A model generated the notes under the pieces. The model was not told where the DNA came from and did not search any database. It saw nothing but the letters and a program-made list of their open reading frames with translations. DNA of 64,000 nucleotides from Macrostomum lignano (Eukaryota). Below are positions 48,601 through 61,664 of the stretch, piece by piece. The stretch's first letter is position 1, and each line of letters opens with the position of its first letter. The position numbers and the translations under genes were made by a program. The stretch covers positions 1 through 64,000 of the forward strand of contig NIVC01000903.1 of assembly GCA_002269645.1 (NCBI GenBank). The letters are read 5' to 3'.

Positions 48601-51600
48601 CCAATCTGAGCCAATCTGAGCCAACCTGAGCCAATCTGAGCCAATCTGAGCCAACCTGAGCCAACCTGAGCCAATCTGAGCCAATATGAGCCAATCTGAG
48701 CCCATCTGAGCCAATCGGAGTCAATCTGAGCCAATCTGAGCCAATCTGAGCCAATCGGAGTCAATCTGAGCCAATCGGAGTCAATCTGAGCCAATCGGAG
48801 TCAATCTGAGCCAATCTGAGCCAATCTGGCAAACGCGCACCTGTTGCTATTAGAAACGGCGAGGGGCGCACCCTAACCCTAACCCTTACCCTAAACAATG
48901 TTTCAGCCGTCAAGTATTCATGCTAATATATCGTGACAAGCAATACGAAATCTCTCAAGGTCAGGAGAGCTAAAATCTCTCTGCCGCATGCGACCTGTAC
49001 GTGGCGGGCGGACCTATTAAATCTCAAGGCCAAGCTAAATATGGCAACACAGTGTCAATGTACACAGCCGCAGTGCGCATGCGTGCCGTACCATTAGAAA
49101 GCCAAACTGGATAATTTTCTCCATGTACTCTTCTGTGGTGAAATTATCCAATGAGAATTTGTTGTACTCGTGCACAATGTACGCGTTCACGTCCGTGGGC
49201 CGGGGCGGAGCCGCCTCAGCTGAGTTCACCTGCCGGCCGCGGTTGAGGCGTCGACGGGTGTACCGATACAGTCGGATAAGGAGACTGGAAGGCGGCGGGA
49301 AAGCGGCTGTTTTGATTCTAATTAAGTTGCTGCATTTTCACTCACTAATGAACTCATGAACTCACGCATGAACTCAACCATAAACTCACTCACTTATAAG
49401 CTCATGAGCTCACTCATGAACTCACTCACTCATAAACGCATGAACTCATGAACTCATTCATGAACTCATGAACTCATAAACGCATGAACTCATGAACTCA
49501 CTCATGAACTCACTAATGAACTCACTCATGAACTCACTCATGAACTCACTCATGAACTCACTCATGAACTCACTAATGAACCCACTCATGAACTCACTCA
49601 TGAACTCACTCATGAACTCATGATCTCATGAACTCACTCATGAACTCACTAATGAACTCACTCATGAAATCATGAACTCACTCATGAACTCACTCATGAA
49701 CTCACTCATGAACTCACTAATGAACTCACTCATGAACTCATGAAATCACTCATGAACTCACTCATGAACTCACTCATGAACTCATGAAATCACTCATGAA
49801 CTCACTCATGAACTCACTCATGAACTCACTAATGAACTCACTCATGAACTCATGAACTCACTCATGAACTCACTCATGAACTCACTCATAAAACTCACTT
49901 ATAAACCCATTTATTAAGTCACTCATGAACTCACTCATGAACTCATGAACTCATGAACTCACTAATGAACTCACTCATGAATTCACTAATAAAACTCACT
50001 TATAAACCCATTTATTAAGTCACTCATGAACTCACTCATAAGCTCACTCACCCCATTCGCTTACTCAATTACTCAATAATTAATTCTGCAGCCCCAGTCG
50101 CGCCCAGAGACAGCCTCACTGGCTTCATCACGGGCAATCAGCGATGCACAAGTAAACCCGAAGGTACAAAAGAATCTTGAGTAAGAAAACAGAGGAGATA
50201 AAGCTGCTCTCAGAATAGCTCGGGCAACCGGTTCTCGCTAGCCAGGAGCAGCAAAACCTGTTCGCTGTTGCTCTGCAGCTTGTTGCTATGCCAGAATCCC
50301 AATCCCTTGCAGAATTCTCACGCGCGTGCCGCCACACTCGAGTCTTTTTTTGCAAAGCCAACAGTATAACACAGCCTTGTTTCAGAACAGAAGCAGAAAC
50401 AGTTACTTTTGTCATAATTAAAATATGCGCATATAAATGACGTAGGAATTTATGTTTATTGAGACTTTACACTCGCTCTCTATATTGAAATTGCAGTCAT
50501 GGGCCAAATGGGGCGAACGCGTCAGTGACTTGGTAGTCCATGGGGGTCGCCATCATAAACCAGAAAAATCGCAACTCCGAAAGCACTTCCCATAATAAAC
50601 CCAAAAGATCACAAACCCAAAATATCACAAACCCGAAATATCACAAACCCGAAATATCGCAAACCCGAAATATCACAAACCTGAAATATCACAAACCCGA
50701 AGTATCACAAACCCGAAATATCCCAAACCCGAAATATCACAAACCCGAAATATCACAAACCCGAAATATCACAAACCCGAAATATCCCAAACCCGAAATA
50801 TCACAAACCCGAAATATCACAAACCCGAAATATCACAAGCCCGAAATATCACAAACCCGAAATATCACAAACCCGAAATATCACAAACCCGAAATAGCAT
50901 AACTCCGAAAACCAACATATCGTTGGACATTGCTAGAACTTTCGGAGTTATGATATTTCGGGTTTGTGATGCTCCCCCCGTCTGTGACTGTCTTACAAAC
51001 TTGTGAGCGCATCTCGAACGAAACACATGTTTGCTTTATTTAGAATTCAGAAGTCCAGAATGTAAGATACAAGGACCGCTAGAAGTTACCGATGTGTCTG
51101 TATCATTAAATTAGTTAGAAATCCTGGTCTGGTAAATCATTACAAGGTTTAAATATAAAAGCATAGCTTTAAATATGTAGATAACTTCTAGTGGGTCCCT
51201 AGAAAACTCTCCATCTATCGCCAATGAATTTTGCAGTACAAAAACCGAAATTGTACTTTTAAAATTGAGATGTCGCAGCAGTTTTTATGGGTATTTAGCC
51301 AGAAAGAGATAAGCCAGAGCGGCTCAGAAAAAAAAGTACACCAGACCGAGAACTGCACAGGACAGAGGTAGCGGAGCCTTGTTGAGGTGCACCCGACAGG
51401 AATCACTCTGTCAACTAACCCGCATCAGGGGCAAACAGTTCCCCACCTGAGCGAAGGCCAAATCCCAGGCCATTTTCCCACTTCGACTTCCCCATCAAAG
51501 GGGTAATGCACTGAGTTTCTATGGATTTTGCAGTCTCCGAGCTAGCAGATTTTAACTAAGGCAAGAGTTGAGAGTCACACTAATATGCACTAGCAGTGCT

Positions 51601-54600
51601 AGCGATGGAGCATTGAACACTGGCATATTCTGTACCGCGTGGGATTGCAAATTGTTTAGTCGAAAAAATTCAATCCTTCTAACTCTCATCTGTATGCCTT
51701 TGCTTTGGCAAATACGCATAACTTTGTCTCACTCGTTGTCATGGAGACGCAGCCCTTCAAACATCTCCCTGTACTCAGTCCCTCTCTTCCCTTTATAGTT
51801 TGGACTTTAAGCTGCATTTTGTTTCATTTCAATTATAATTGGTTTCTTATTTTCAGTGCTGCCGAGATGGACAGGTGTCCGGACTGCGGCTGCTCGGGTA
51901 GCGCTCAGAGCTGTCTGTTTATAAATCAGTCATGCATTTGAGATAATTGACAGCACATCAGGGAATAACTTGTTGAGGCTCACAATACACTAGTGCCCTT
52001 TAGTTAGTTACAGGCAAGCGGTAATGCCTATTCTGCTCACCCCAAAGCACTCACACAGGGTGTACAGAGTGTCAGACATGTACACTCTCTGTTGCCTTGG
52101 GGGTCGGCCCTCTGGGGCGTGCATCCCCCCCCACCCCCCACCGAAGCCAAGCCCCGAAACTCGCGCGGAATCCAAACTTTTCTCTGGAAATGCGAAATAT
52201 TTATCACCGCCAAACCAACAGCGTCAAAGGCGGTTCACAGTCGGGGTTGCTTCACGAACTCAAAATTTCATAATATCGAAAAAATATTTTTGTTTTAGAG
52301 ATTTTTACGCGAACTAATGCTACGAGAATTAGCTGAAAAGCCTGGCTCTTGTCGACTTTCCAAGAAATGGCGATACTTTTGAAATAAATATGGACCATAC
52401 TTTCCAAGAAACCGCGTAATACTTTCTGAATAACACTGCTACACATTTTCCCAGAAACAGTGTGATAATTTCCAAGAAATCGCATAATATTTCCTGAGAA
52501 ATAGTGCTACGCTTTCCAAGAAACACTGTTATACTTTCCAAGAAACCACATATTACTTCCTGAGAAATAGTGCAAGAAACAATGATAAAGTTTCCAAGAA
52601 ACAATGTTATACTTTCCAAGAAACCACATTATACTTCCTGAGAAATAGTGCAAGAAACAATGATAAAGTTTCCAAGAAACCACATACTACTTTCTGAGAA
52701 ATAGTGCAAGAAACAATGATAAAGTTTCCAAGAAACACTATTATACTTTCCAAGAAACCACATTATACTTCCTGAGAAATAATGAAGAAAAAATGATGAA
52801 GTTTCCAAGAAACAATGTTTTACTTTCCAAGAAACCACATACTACTTTCTGAGAAATAGTGCAAGAAACAATAATAAAGTTTCCAAGAAACACTGTTATA
52901 CTTTCCAAGAAACCACATTATACTTCCTGGGAAACAGTGCTAAACTTTCCAAAAACCATTGGTAAAGTTTTCAAGAAACATTGCTGCACTTCTCTTAGAA
53001 ATAATGCTACGTTATTTCCAAGAAAGAATTGCCTATAGAAAAGAACTCTATACATGTATTTTCAAAGAAACAGCACTATCCCTTTTGCACTCACGGCAGC
53101 CCGTGATCCGTGAACAGTTTTGGCATCGGCTTGGCAATCATCAGGATGAGCACCTGCAGAGACAGCATCGACATGCAGTTGCCATCGGAGCCGCAGGTGT
53201 CAACAAATTCTTTGCCCAAGTTGAAGATGCCGTTCTCCGGTGTGAACATGTTCTTCTGCAAGGATCAGGCGGCGGGTAGGGGCTGTAATCACTTGAAAAC
53301 TGTACTTGGATTAGCGATTGCAATATGCACTTTAAATTATAAAAAATAATAATGTGATTGCACCTGCCCTAATAAGCAGATGTGCAACCGACAGCTCAGC
53401 CGCAGCTATTGCGCGGCGCATCTGAAGGCTGCGTACGGCTGTTCAGTCCAAGGACTGGGGGGTCGCCGCACAGACCCTCAATTACCCCAGCTAATGCTGG
53501 CACCCATTTTACAGCTGGGTGAACTGAAGCAGTGCAGAGTTAAGTGACTTGCTTAAGGACACAAATTGTTCCAAGTGGATCGAGAATCGAACCCCCGACC
53601 TTCCAGTCGTGAGTCCGACGCTCTGACCACTAGGCTACAACCCCCGTTGTTTATGTACATGGCATGTACACTCTCTGTGCCTTGCGGGTTGGTCTTCACG
53701 GGTGTGAAATGCAAAGACAGCTCGCAGGCCAAATGAAAGTGGCCGTACATGGAAACGAACCAGAGGTTTTGTGGTGCCAGAATCAGAGCCGTTTTTGCTC
53801 TGCCGCTGGTTAAATCAGTTTTAAAATGGGTCTGAACCAACTGTACATTGTTTTGAGCAAAAGCTACTGGCGATGATACTTCATATAAAATGGCTTTAAA
53901 AATAGGCATTTTGTATTTTTAATATTGACTCAACCTCTATTGATCGATTTCTAAAGTCTTCTTACGTCTCTAAAGAAGGCAATGTAGAACAGCGAACTGT
54001 AGGAGTTGGCAAACTCAAAGGCGAACAGCTTCAGAATGAGGGCATTGTCATAGTCGCTCTGCGTGCGGTGGTTCTCTGCGGGCATTGGCAATAATCTGAG
54101 TCAGCTGGTGGAAATTAACTGACTGAATGCTTGCCTGCACCTGCACTGCGCAGGTTGGGAATTCTTCCCTGAGCAAACATTCGCCCCACTTACCCCAGTT
54201 AGTTAAGGCGTACGCAATATTGTTGTACACCTGCAAAGGTAATAATCGGGTGAGGGGATAAGAATGATTACAGAGAGCTTTGACAGTCAATCTGAATAGG
54301 GACTGTGAGCTGATGGCATTTAGTTCTGTGTGGAAGTCATTATGGCCCACGTATTTGCACTTTTGTTCGTATGGGCTCTGCCTTGTAAATACGGTGGGAA
54401 TTGATTGATTAAGACTAGTCCGGACTTCAGAATTAAGGAATAGAATGGATTGCTAATCTAGCCAATGCACACGGATTAATGTATTAAGCAAATCCGAATT
54501 CAGCTCAGTTACCAAGGCGCCCACCTTTCCGATCACGATAATGAAGACGGCGTTTAGCAGGGAGCTGACGACTGCATTCAGTAGCAGGCAGCTGGAGCTG

Positions 54601-57600
54601 GTGACGTTCGGGCAGACGCGAATGGTCACAAAGATTCTATAGACGATAACTGCGGCAACGCCGATGAACACTACGCAGATCTGCAGCGGGTGGAAGGGGT
54701 GCACTCTAGTCTGCATCCGGCATTGGCTGCGTTGTGAAGAGCCGCTACCATAATCTAGAGCTATTATTGGGGCCTAGAGCCACTACTAGAGCCACTACTA
54801 GAGCCACTACTAGAGCTTCTACTAGAGCCACTACTACAGGCACTAATAGAGCTACTACTAGAGCCACTACTACAGGCACTACTAGAGCTACTACTAGAGC
54901 CACTACTACAGGCACTACTAGAGCTACTACTAGAGCCACTACTACAGGCACTAATAGAGCTACTACTAGAGCCACTACTACAGGCACTACTGGAGCTACT
55001 ACTAGAGCCACTACTACAGGCACTACTAGGGCAACCAACTACTAGAGCTTCTGCTAGAACCACTACTAGAGCTTTTACTAGAGCCACTACTATAGCTACC
55101 AATTGAAACTAGAGCTATGATTAGAGCTACACTGTTTCAAAGCAAGCGAACGCACCATCAGCAGCAGGATGATAAATGAGGTGACAAATTTCATGGCTTG
55201 ATAGTGGCCAGGGTAGTAGGAGTCGCTCTTGCCAGTAATTGGATCCTGCGAAGATCATTTTGCCATGAGTTTAATATATATTGGCGAACACTACTCAATT
55301 AGAATTGAGATCAAGTGTGAAACGACAGAATTACCGGTCTCTCCATGGTTCCAACAAACTCCGGCCTGTCAGGCTCGGCGTGCTTATAATTGTTCACGTC
55401 CCATTCGTAGGCCAGGGTGGCTCTGTAGCGCTTCCACATCTCCGTGTGCAGAGTGCCCCACAGGCAGATAATGATGGCAAATATGGGAGTTAACAGGTTG
55501 TCGAATGCCTCTTTCACTGTGGCAAGCATGTCGTCTACTAGGGCCATCATTCTGCGATTTCAGGATATAAGGTGAGTGGCGGTTTTGCAATGGCGGGTTT
55601 ATTACCCTCGCTAGACTGGTTGTCCTGGTTTTATTACATTTGCTAGTCTCACTGTGTCTGGTTTATTACCCTCGCTGGACTGATTGTCCTGGTTTTATTA
55701 CATTTGCTAGTCTCCCTGTGTCTGGTTTATTACCCTCGCTAGACTGGTTGCCGTGGTTTTATTACATTTGCTAGTCTCCCTGTGTGGGGGTCTATTACCC
55801 TCGCTAGACTGATTGCCATGGTTTTATTACATTTGCTAGTCTCACTGTGTGGGGTTTATTACCCTCGCTGGACTGGTTGCCGTGGTTTTATTACATTTGC
55901 TAGTCTCCCTGTGTCTGGTTTATTACCCTCGCTAGACTGGTTGCCGTGGTTTTATTACATTTGCTAGTCTCCCTGTGTGGGGTTTATTACCCTCGCTAGA
56001 CTGATTGCCATGGTTTTATTACATTTGCTAGTCTCACTGTGTGGGGTTTATTACCCTCGCTAGACTGGTTGCCATGGTTTTATTACATTTGCTAGTCTCC
56101 CTGTGTGGGGTTTATTACCCTCGCTAGACTGGTTGCCGTGGTTTTATTACATTAGCTAGTCTCCCTGTGTGGGGGTCTATTACCCTCGCTAGACTGGTTG
56201 CCGTGGTTTTATTACATTTGCTAGTCTCCCTGTGTGGGGGTTTATTACCCTCGCTAGACTGGTTGCCATGGTTTTATTACATTTGCTAGTCTCCCTGTGT
56301 GGGGGTCTATTACCCTCGCTAGACTGGTTGTCATGGTTTTATTACATTTGCTAGTCTCACTGTGTCTCGGTTGGGTTAGAGGCGGTTAGGGTTCACTCCC
56401 GCTGCGATTGAGTGGCAGTGCGACCCCAAAAGTGCGAGCACTTTACAAGCCGTGCACAGGCCTCAGAAATGGAACTAACTTACTGTTCAACTGCATCAGC
56501 AGTTCTATTCTTTGAGGCTGGAGACGTCCCACCGTTGATTATGTGCCTTTCGATACTGAAAATTTAATATTTTATAAAATATTAAACGGCTTAGGTATTT
56601 GGCACTATTCGATCGTGACCCTACATTCCAGGTGTCAACAAGATTCTGCTTACCTGAGCGCCAGCCCGTACAAAAAGATTGCCAGACCAATCAGCATGGG
56701 AGCCCACAGCATGCTGATCATGTGACCCGACCAGGCAAAATAGAAGGCGACCTTTTCTCCAAAGTAGTTCCGCACCCTGTCCAATGGCTGGTACTTCACC
56801 AGGCTGCTCCATACCTGGCCGAGTCGTCTGCGCTCGTCAGGCTCGTAGCTGTAATCGAACCGGCACTCGCCGATTCGCCGAACTGATTTCAACAGCCTGG
56901 CAACCGGGGTTGAGGCTCGCCTTAACGTTGTTAGATTCGGCAGATTAGCCGTTGATGTTTCTAAGTCGTCCGGATGGCGCTTGAACCAAGCGGCTTTGAG
57001 ACTGGAGACCCAGGGGTCGTCGGCTGACGGGTCGTGCAGAATGAACGCGTCTATGAAGGCGCCCCGGTGCAACAGCTTTGGCAGGGCTGCGTTGCCGTAG
57101 CGACGGAAGAGAGGGCGGATGACTTTGGTAGAAGATTACCTCGCACTTTGATGTACCACCAAGGGTTGCACTTTGATGTGCCGCCATCCGATCCCCTGTT
57201 GCACTTTGATGTGCCGCCATCCGATCCCCTGTTGTGCTTTGATGTGCCGCCATCCGATCCCCTGTTGTGCTTTGATATGCCGCCATCCGATCCCCTGTTG
57301 TGCTTTGATGTGCCGCCATCCCTTGCTGTGCTTTGATGTGCCGCCATCCCCTGCTGTGCTTTGATGTGCCGCCATCCCCTGCTGTGCTTTGAAGTGCCGC
57401 CATCCCCTACTGTGCTTTGATGTGCCGCCATCCCTTGTTGTACTTTGATGTGCCGCCATCCCCTGCTGTGCTTTGAAGTGCCGCCATCCCCTGCTGTGCT
57501 TTGAAGTGCCGCCATCCCCTACTGTGCTTTGATGTGCCGCCATCCCTTGTTGTACTTTGATGTGCCGCCATCTCCCGCTGTGCTTTGATGTGCCGCCATC

Positions 57601-59283
57601 TCCCGCTGTGCTTTGATGTGCCGCCATCCCCTGCTGTGCTTTGATCTACATGCTTTGATATTGAACTCACCAGTCTTAGAAACGTCTTTATCCACATCCG
57701 GCACATTGGAGCCAATATCAGCGTTGATCAGGATATTGTATGTCTGCAAGAGACCAATCTATCTTAGCTTCGATGTCGCGAGTATTAAAAGCAGTCGCGA
57801 TATTACAAGTAGCTGAAATGAAGTCCAGCTCACCAAGTACGATCTCAGAGCCGGCCGGAAGAACGTCTCAGTGTTCTCGTGTCCCTTGAACAGGTGCAGC
57901 CGATTTCGCGTGAATGGCCCGCTGATGTAGTCCGCTATGAATAATTCGTTTTGAGTTTTCAATTTATTGAATCAATCTCGTGCAAAAACTCTATCTGCAA
58001 ACTCCTGAACTCACGTTCATCGTCCTCGATAAGGCCCAGGCACTGGCCGATTTTCTTAGAAAGATTGAAACTCTCCAACGGTGAAATCGACTGTTCAGAG
58101 AGATTTTGAAAGAAAAGGCACACAATATTAAACAAAAATAGACGCGCGATAATTTAAAAGAAGGTACGTTCTGTGCGTACAGAGTACTGGAGAGTGACTG
58201 GAGGATGGTACAAAATATAAATACTGTATTACGACTGATGAGACTTCTGTTTCCAGTGACAACAAAAATTGACATCCTTGATGCTTAAAGCTCAGCTTCT
58301 GACACAAACTGGCCTCACTGACACAGAGAGGAACTCCTGACACACAAACTGGCCTCACTGACACAGAGCGGAACTCCTGACACACAAACTGGCCCCACTG
58401 ACACAGAGAGGAACTCCTGACACAAACTGGCCTCACTGACACAGAGCGGAACTCCTGACACACAAACTGGCCCCACTGACACAGAGAGGAACTCCTGACA
58501 CAAACTGGCCTCACTGACACAGAGCAGAACTCCTGACACACAAACTGGCCTCACTGACACAGAGCGGAACTCCTGACACACAAACTGGCCTCACTGACAC
58601 AGAGCGGAACTCCTGACACACAAACTGGCCCCACTGACACAGAGAGGAATTCCTGGCGCCCTGTGTTCTCTACTGTGCTAAAACGAAGCATGATTGGCTA
58701 ATTAGTCAAACTAATAAATTCCGTCTAGCAGAATTGACAGCTCTCTACTAAGCCTGGGCCTGCCTACCCAGCGGATGAACTGAGTTTCCTCTTCCTCGTC
58801 AGACAGTACAGTGGCAGCTGGAGACTCCTGCTTGCATATGTATTAACACGTCTTAAAAATTGTAACAGTTACTTTTAATTACAATAAAGTTAAAAAAACA
58901 AATAAAATAAAACTTACCTTGTCGAGAGCCATCTCCAGTTTTAATCGTTCCGCTTCCTTGGCCAAAACGTGAAAAGGTGTGTAGACTTTAAGAAAAACCA
59001 GACTTTGCCCGAATTCCCCGTCATATTCAAATTCCTCCGTGTCGATGCCGGGCCGCTTGATTTTCAGCACGTCCAGAAAGGCTTCTCTGAGTTTATCGTT
59101 TCTTTCATTTCCGTCGCGTTTGTAGACCAGCACGTAGTCAATGTGCGGCAGCCTGGTCTCCTCCCATCGGAACGGAGTTCGAGAAGCTGCGGCGTTGACA
59201 GCCTCGGACTCCAGCACCGGATTGCTCACTGTTATGCTGGGTATGCTCCCAGCATCAGCTTTAATATCCCCGCCATCTAGCAT
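42671..59283 (-). CDS. ano: Anoctamin / TMEM16 family Ca2+-activated channel or scramblase, 19 exons, ~974 aa
   Basis: Exons 59283-58918, 58827-58768, 58090-58015, 57934-57834, 57743-57671, 57086-56654, 55551-55335, 55245-55156, 54680-54525, 54230-54194, 54075-53966, 53255-53095, 49284-49092, 48267-47983, 47903-47823, 47739-47696, 46720-46658, 45189-45163 and 43022-42671 join GT-AG in frame (2925 nt). Motifs: IDYVLVY, QPLDRVRNYFGEKVAFYFAW, WENHRTQSDYDNALILKLF..NSYSSLFYIAFF, EYMEKIIQFGF..LFAASFPLAPLIAL, RRP..AQNIGMW, IPDVP. The paralogue cannot be assigned, and the small and terminal exons are less certain. Confidence 0.92.
43130..45070. repeat. Minisatellite, 61-bp unit (GACAGCCACCCCACTCCCTGCCCCAAACCACCCCAGAAATCTCTGTCCTGAAATCCGTCCC), ~32 copies
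   Basis: Register shifts by 1 base per 60-base line; lies in the last anoctamin intron. Confidence 0.97.
46910..47625. repeat. Minisatellite, 27-bp unit GGATTGGGTTGGAGAGCCTCTCACTAT
   Basis: 9-aa periodic ORFs; intronic. Confidence 0.96.
48340..48830. repeat. Minisatellite, 10-bp unit TGAGCCAATC with GGAGTCAATC variants
   Basis: Directly visible; intronic. Confidence 0.96.
49350..50050. repeat. Minisatellite, 12/8-bp units CATGAACTCACT / CATGAACT
   Basis: Directly visible; intronic. Confidence 0.95.
50542..50979. mobile_element. Second foldback/Mutator-like element with 16-bp repeats (AAACCCGAAATATCAC) expanded on the left arm
   Basis: Shares CATAAAC..GAAAAATC.CAACTCCGAAAGCACTT with 28620-28655 and ends GTTTGTGATGCTCCCCCC. 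The TSD is uncertain (GTCAGTGACT at 50521 vs GTCTGTGACT at 50980). Confidence 0.65.
52360..53000. repeat. Degenerate composite tandem repeat built on ~20-bp TTCCAAGAAAC subunits
   Basis: Recurring TTCCAAGAAAC and CTGAGAAATAGTGC blocks with 57-78-bp superunits. Confidence 0.85.
53341..53645 (-). mobile_element. Full-length tRNA-derived CORE-SINE
   Basis: On the minus strand: A box TAGCCTAGTGG, B box GGTTCGATTC, then GCAAGTCACTTAACTCTGCACTGCTTCAGTTCACCCAGCTGTAAAATGGG (resembles the MIR CORE domain), and an AT-rich tail. Confidence 0.85.
54775..55120. repeat. ACT-rich minisatellite (12-bp AGAGCCACTACT, 36-bp superunit)
   Basis: Directly visible; intronic. Confidence 0.93.
55595..56370. repeat. 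Minisatellite, ~64-bp unit (GGTTTATTACCCTCGCTAGACTGGTTGCC.TGGTTTTATTACATTTGCTAGTCTC.CTGTGT..)
   Basis: Period 64 (55601 vs 55665); ~12 copies. Confidence 0.95.
57150..57648. repeat. Minisatellite, 28-bp unit CTTTGATGTGCCGCCATCCCCTGCTGTG (33-bp variants)
   Basis: Directly visible; intronic. Confidence 0.95.
58305..58650. repeat. Minisatellite, 40/42-bp unit CACAAACTGGCCTCACTGACACAGAGCGGAACTCCTGACA
   Basis: Directly visible; intronic. Confidence 0.95.
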
Positions 59284-59985
59284 TGAGCCTGAAAAAATAA
59301 TTTAACCCAGCAGGATGGTATGATATGGTTTATATGATAAAATTGTGGTAAATGTAGAAGAGTGTATTATAAATATTTACTTGTGGTGGGTTTTTCTATA
59401 ATATGAATAAAATATTATTGCATAAATAAAATATACAGTGCATAGATTCACAGTAGGAAAGAAGCTGATGTCATTTAAATATTTCATATTGTTAAAATTC
59501 ATAACTCTACCGGGTAGTACTAAAATTGGCAGAACTATTGTTGGCTAACTGGTATCAAAGTCACAAGTTGCATAGTTTTTACACATAGTTTTAATTTCTA
59601 ATTTACAAACTAAACTGCATGGGCTCTAATACACCCAAATTATCAAATATGACGAAAAACACATTGTTATAGTTATCTAGCAAAGGTCCTAGTTCAAGGA
59701 TTATGCCATTCAATGGGAGTTAAGTTAACCTAAATAAATCATAAGGTAAACAAAAATATACATATCGATTATAAAACGCTGTTTTGCTTCACTAAGGAAA
59801 TTACTGACATAGATAGCAACGGCATCATGTGTAGCGGTGTGTAGGAAGAGGAAGGTAGAAACTCATATTTACTTGGAAATAAAGTATAATTTACGTCATG
59901 TTGAAAGAAAGGATGTATATAAACACAGGAATTTAAAAATGTATGTATTTCACTTATCAAACAGATTTTAAAACTAATATTTATT

Positions 59986-60133
59986 CACTGGCGCAGTAAA
60001 TATTTTCTCGTGGTCCTGCATCTCAAAATAAGAAAAATTGCACGGAAAAGTGTTAAAAGTACGTAAAGATAAAAAATATTTCTTTTGAAGGGCAGCGGGC
60101 AACTGTGCCCGTTTGTCTTCGGCTGCGCCACTG
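59986..60133. mobile_element. Possible small MITE
   Basis: Inverted ends CACTGGCGCAG and CTGCGCCACTG (10/11 match); no TSD seen. Confidence 0.35.
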
Positions 60134-61664
60134 CACTAAATCTATTTAAGGCGGAATGAGTCCCGAACGAATGCTGGGCCAGCGTGCCTAATATTTCAAC
60201 TTTATATTGTCAAATTAAACTGGGGTCAAAATTGTAAGAGTCAATAGAGCCAACGAGATAAATCAGTATAAATTGATATAAGCTTATAAAAAGTTATAAT
60301 TACATCCATAATATCATTTCCAGTTAATTTTTCTATAGAAAGACAATCCCTTATTTTACTTTGTTAAGGCGAATAACTTTCAGCAAATTTTAACAAAGAT
60401 TAAATGTCCAGAAAATAAAGACCAATTTATTGTTTTTAAAGGATTTAAAATTTGTATAAAAATTATCGAGTTCTAGGGCCAAAAAATTATTCTTCATCAC
60501 AACGAGCATCAGTCAAGTGCTGTAAATATAATTCTAATGCAGCTTTCTCTTTCGTGTTTACAGCTCGGCACTCGCCCTTGCCTTTACTCTTATATCTATA
60601 CTAAGTCATACGACGTAGGTATTAGGCCCAGGTAGCTTAGACTAGTCCCAAATAGATAACAAAAGATTTTGATTCTCTTTTCTAAATGTTCTACGTTATA
60701 TAGATCATGCTCCTATTTGTGCGAAATATCTTTAAGGCTTTTTGCTGAACGTCAATGTTCAAATCTGAGGTAGGCCTAAAAGAATTAGGCCTAGTTGAAC
60801 TAACTTCCAAGATTCAAGTTCAACCCTATCGGCAGAAAGACAGACAAGAATAAAAAAAACGTCTTTCTTAAAAAAGAAAGACATAGTTTTTAAAGTTTTT
60901 TACAAAATGTTTTATTTAGGCTTAACTGGTTAGTCCTATTGTTAGGCCATATTTGTCATTGTCTGGGTTTCAGGGCATCAGGCCTTTTCTTTGGTGACAG
61001 ACCACATTAACCAAAAATAAGTTTATTTAGGCCTATCCTCTAGGCTATCTTCTAGTTTTGTACATTTAATTATTGGAAGTGCTTAGCCATATCTCCACGG
61101 TCCTATGCCAATAATTCCAACTTTATCTGATTACAATCCACTTCAGTAACAGCCATTTTGGTAACAGCTTCTTTGGTAACAGAGCAGATTTATGACTGTC
61201 AACACTTTATTTTTATGATAATAAGGTTTAGTAATAATTAGTTTAATAATTAACATCTCAAATATCTTATTTCTGATTTCTAATTTCTAATTTTTCTAAT
61301 TTCTAGTTTCTAATTAAACTGTTAAATTAAGCAAAGTGAGCTCCCATACATACATTGAAATTGAAAAAATCTAAATAATTAATGAAGAAAAAAGTAGATT
61401 CTATAATTTTAAGTCACTATTCACTAATTAGATCAGAGATTTTAATGTAAACAATATATAAAATTTGGTCAATTACAGAATGCATATAATCTGACATCTC
61501 AAAATTAAAATAGATTGGTTAAAACACTTTAAAACAAGTTAAACACATGCAGGTACGCATGTATTTTGTCAATTTTTCTAAAGTTTGTTCGCACATTCTT
61601 TCGGAGCATATCAATTAATGTATTTTTATTCTCACTTGTTACCAAAGTGGACTGGTACCTTTAA

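Noticed and set aside
48870-48897. Telomere-like CCCTAA repeats (also GGTTAG at ~56372-56392)
   Set aside because: Only 3-4 imperfect units inside introns; too short to call an interstitial telomere.
53575-53645. tRNA gene
   Set aside because: Has A/B boxes but no proper acceptor stem, and continues into a SINE body that has a second copy.
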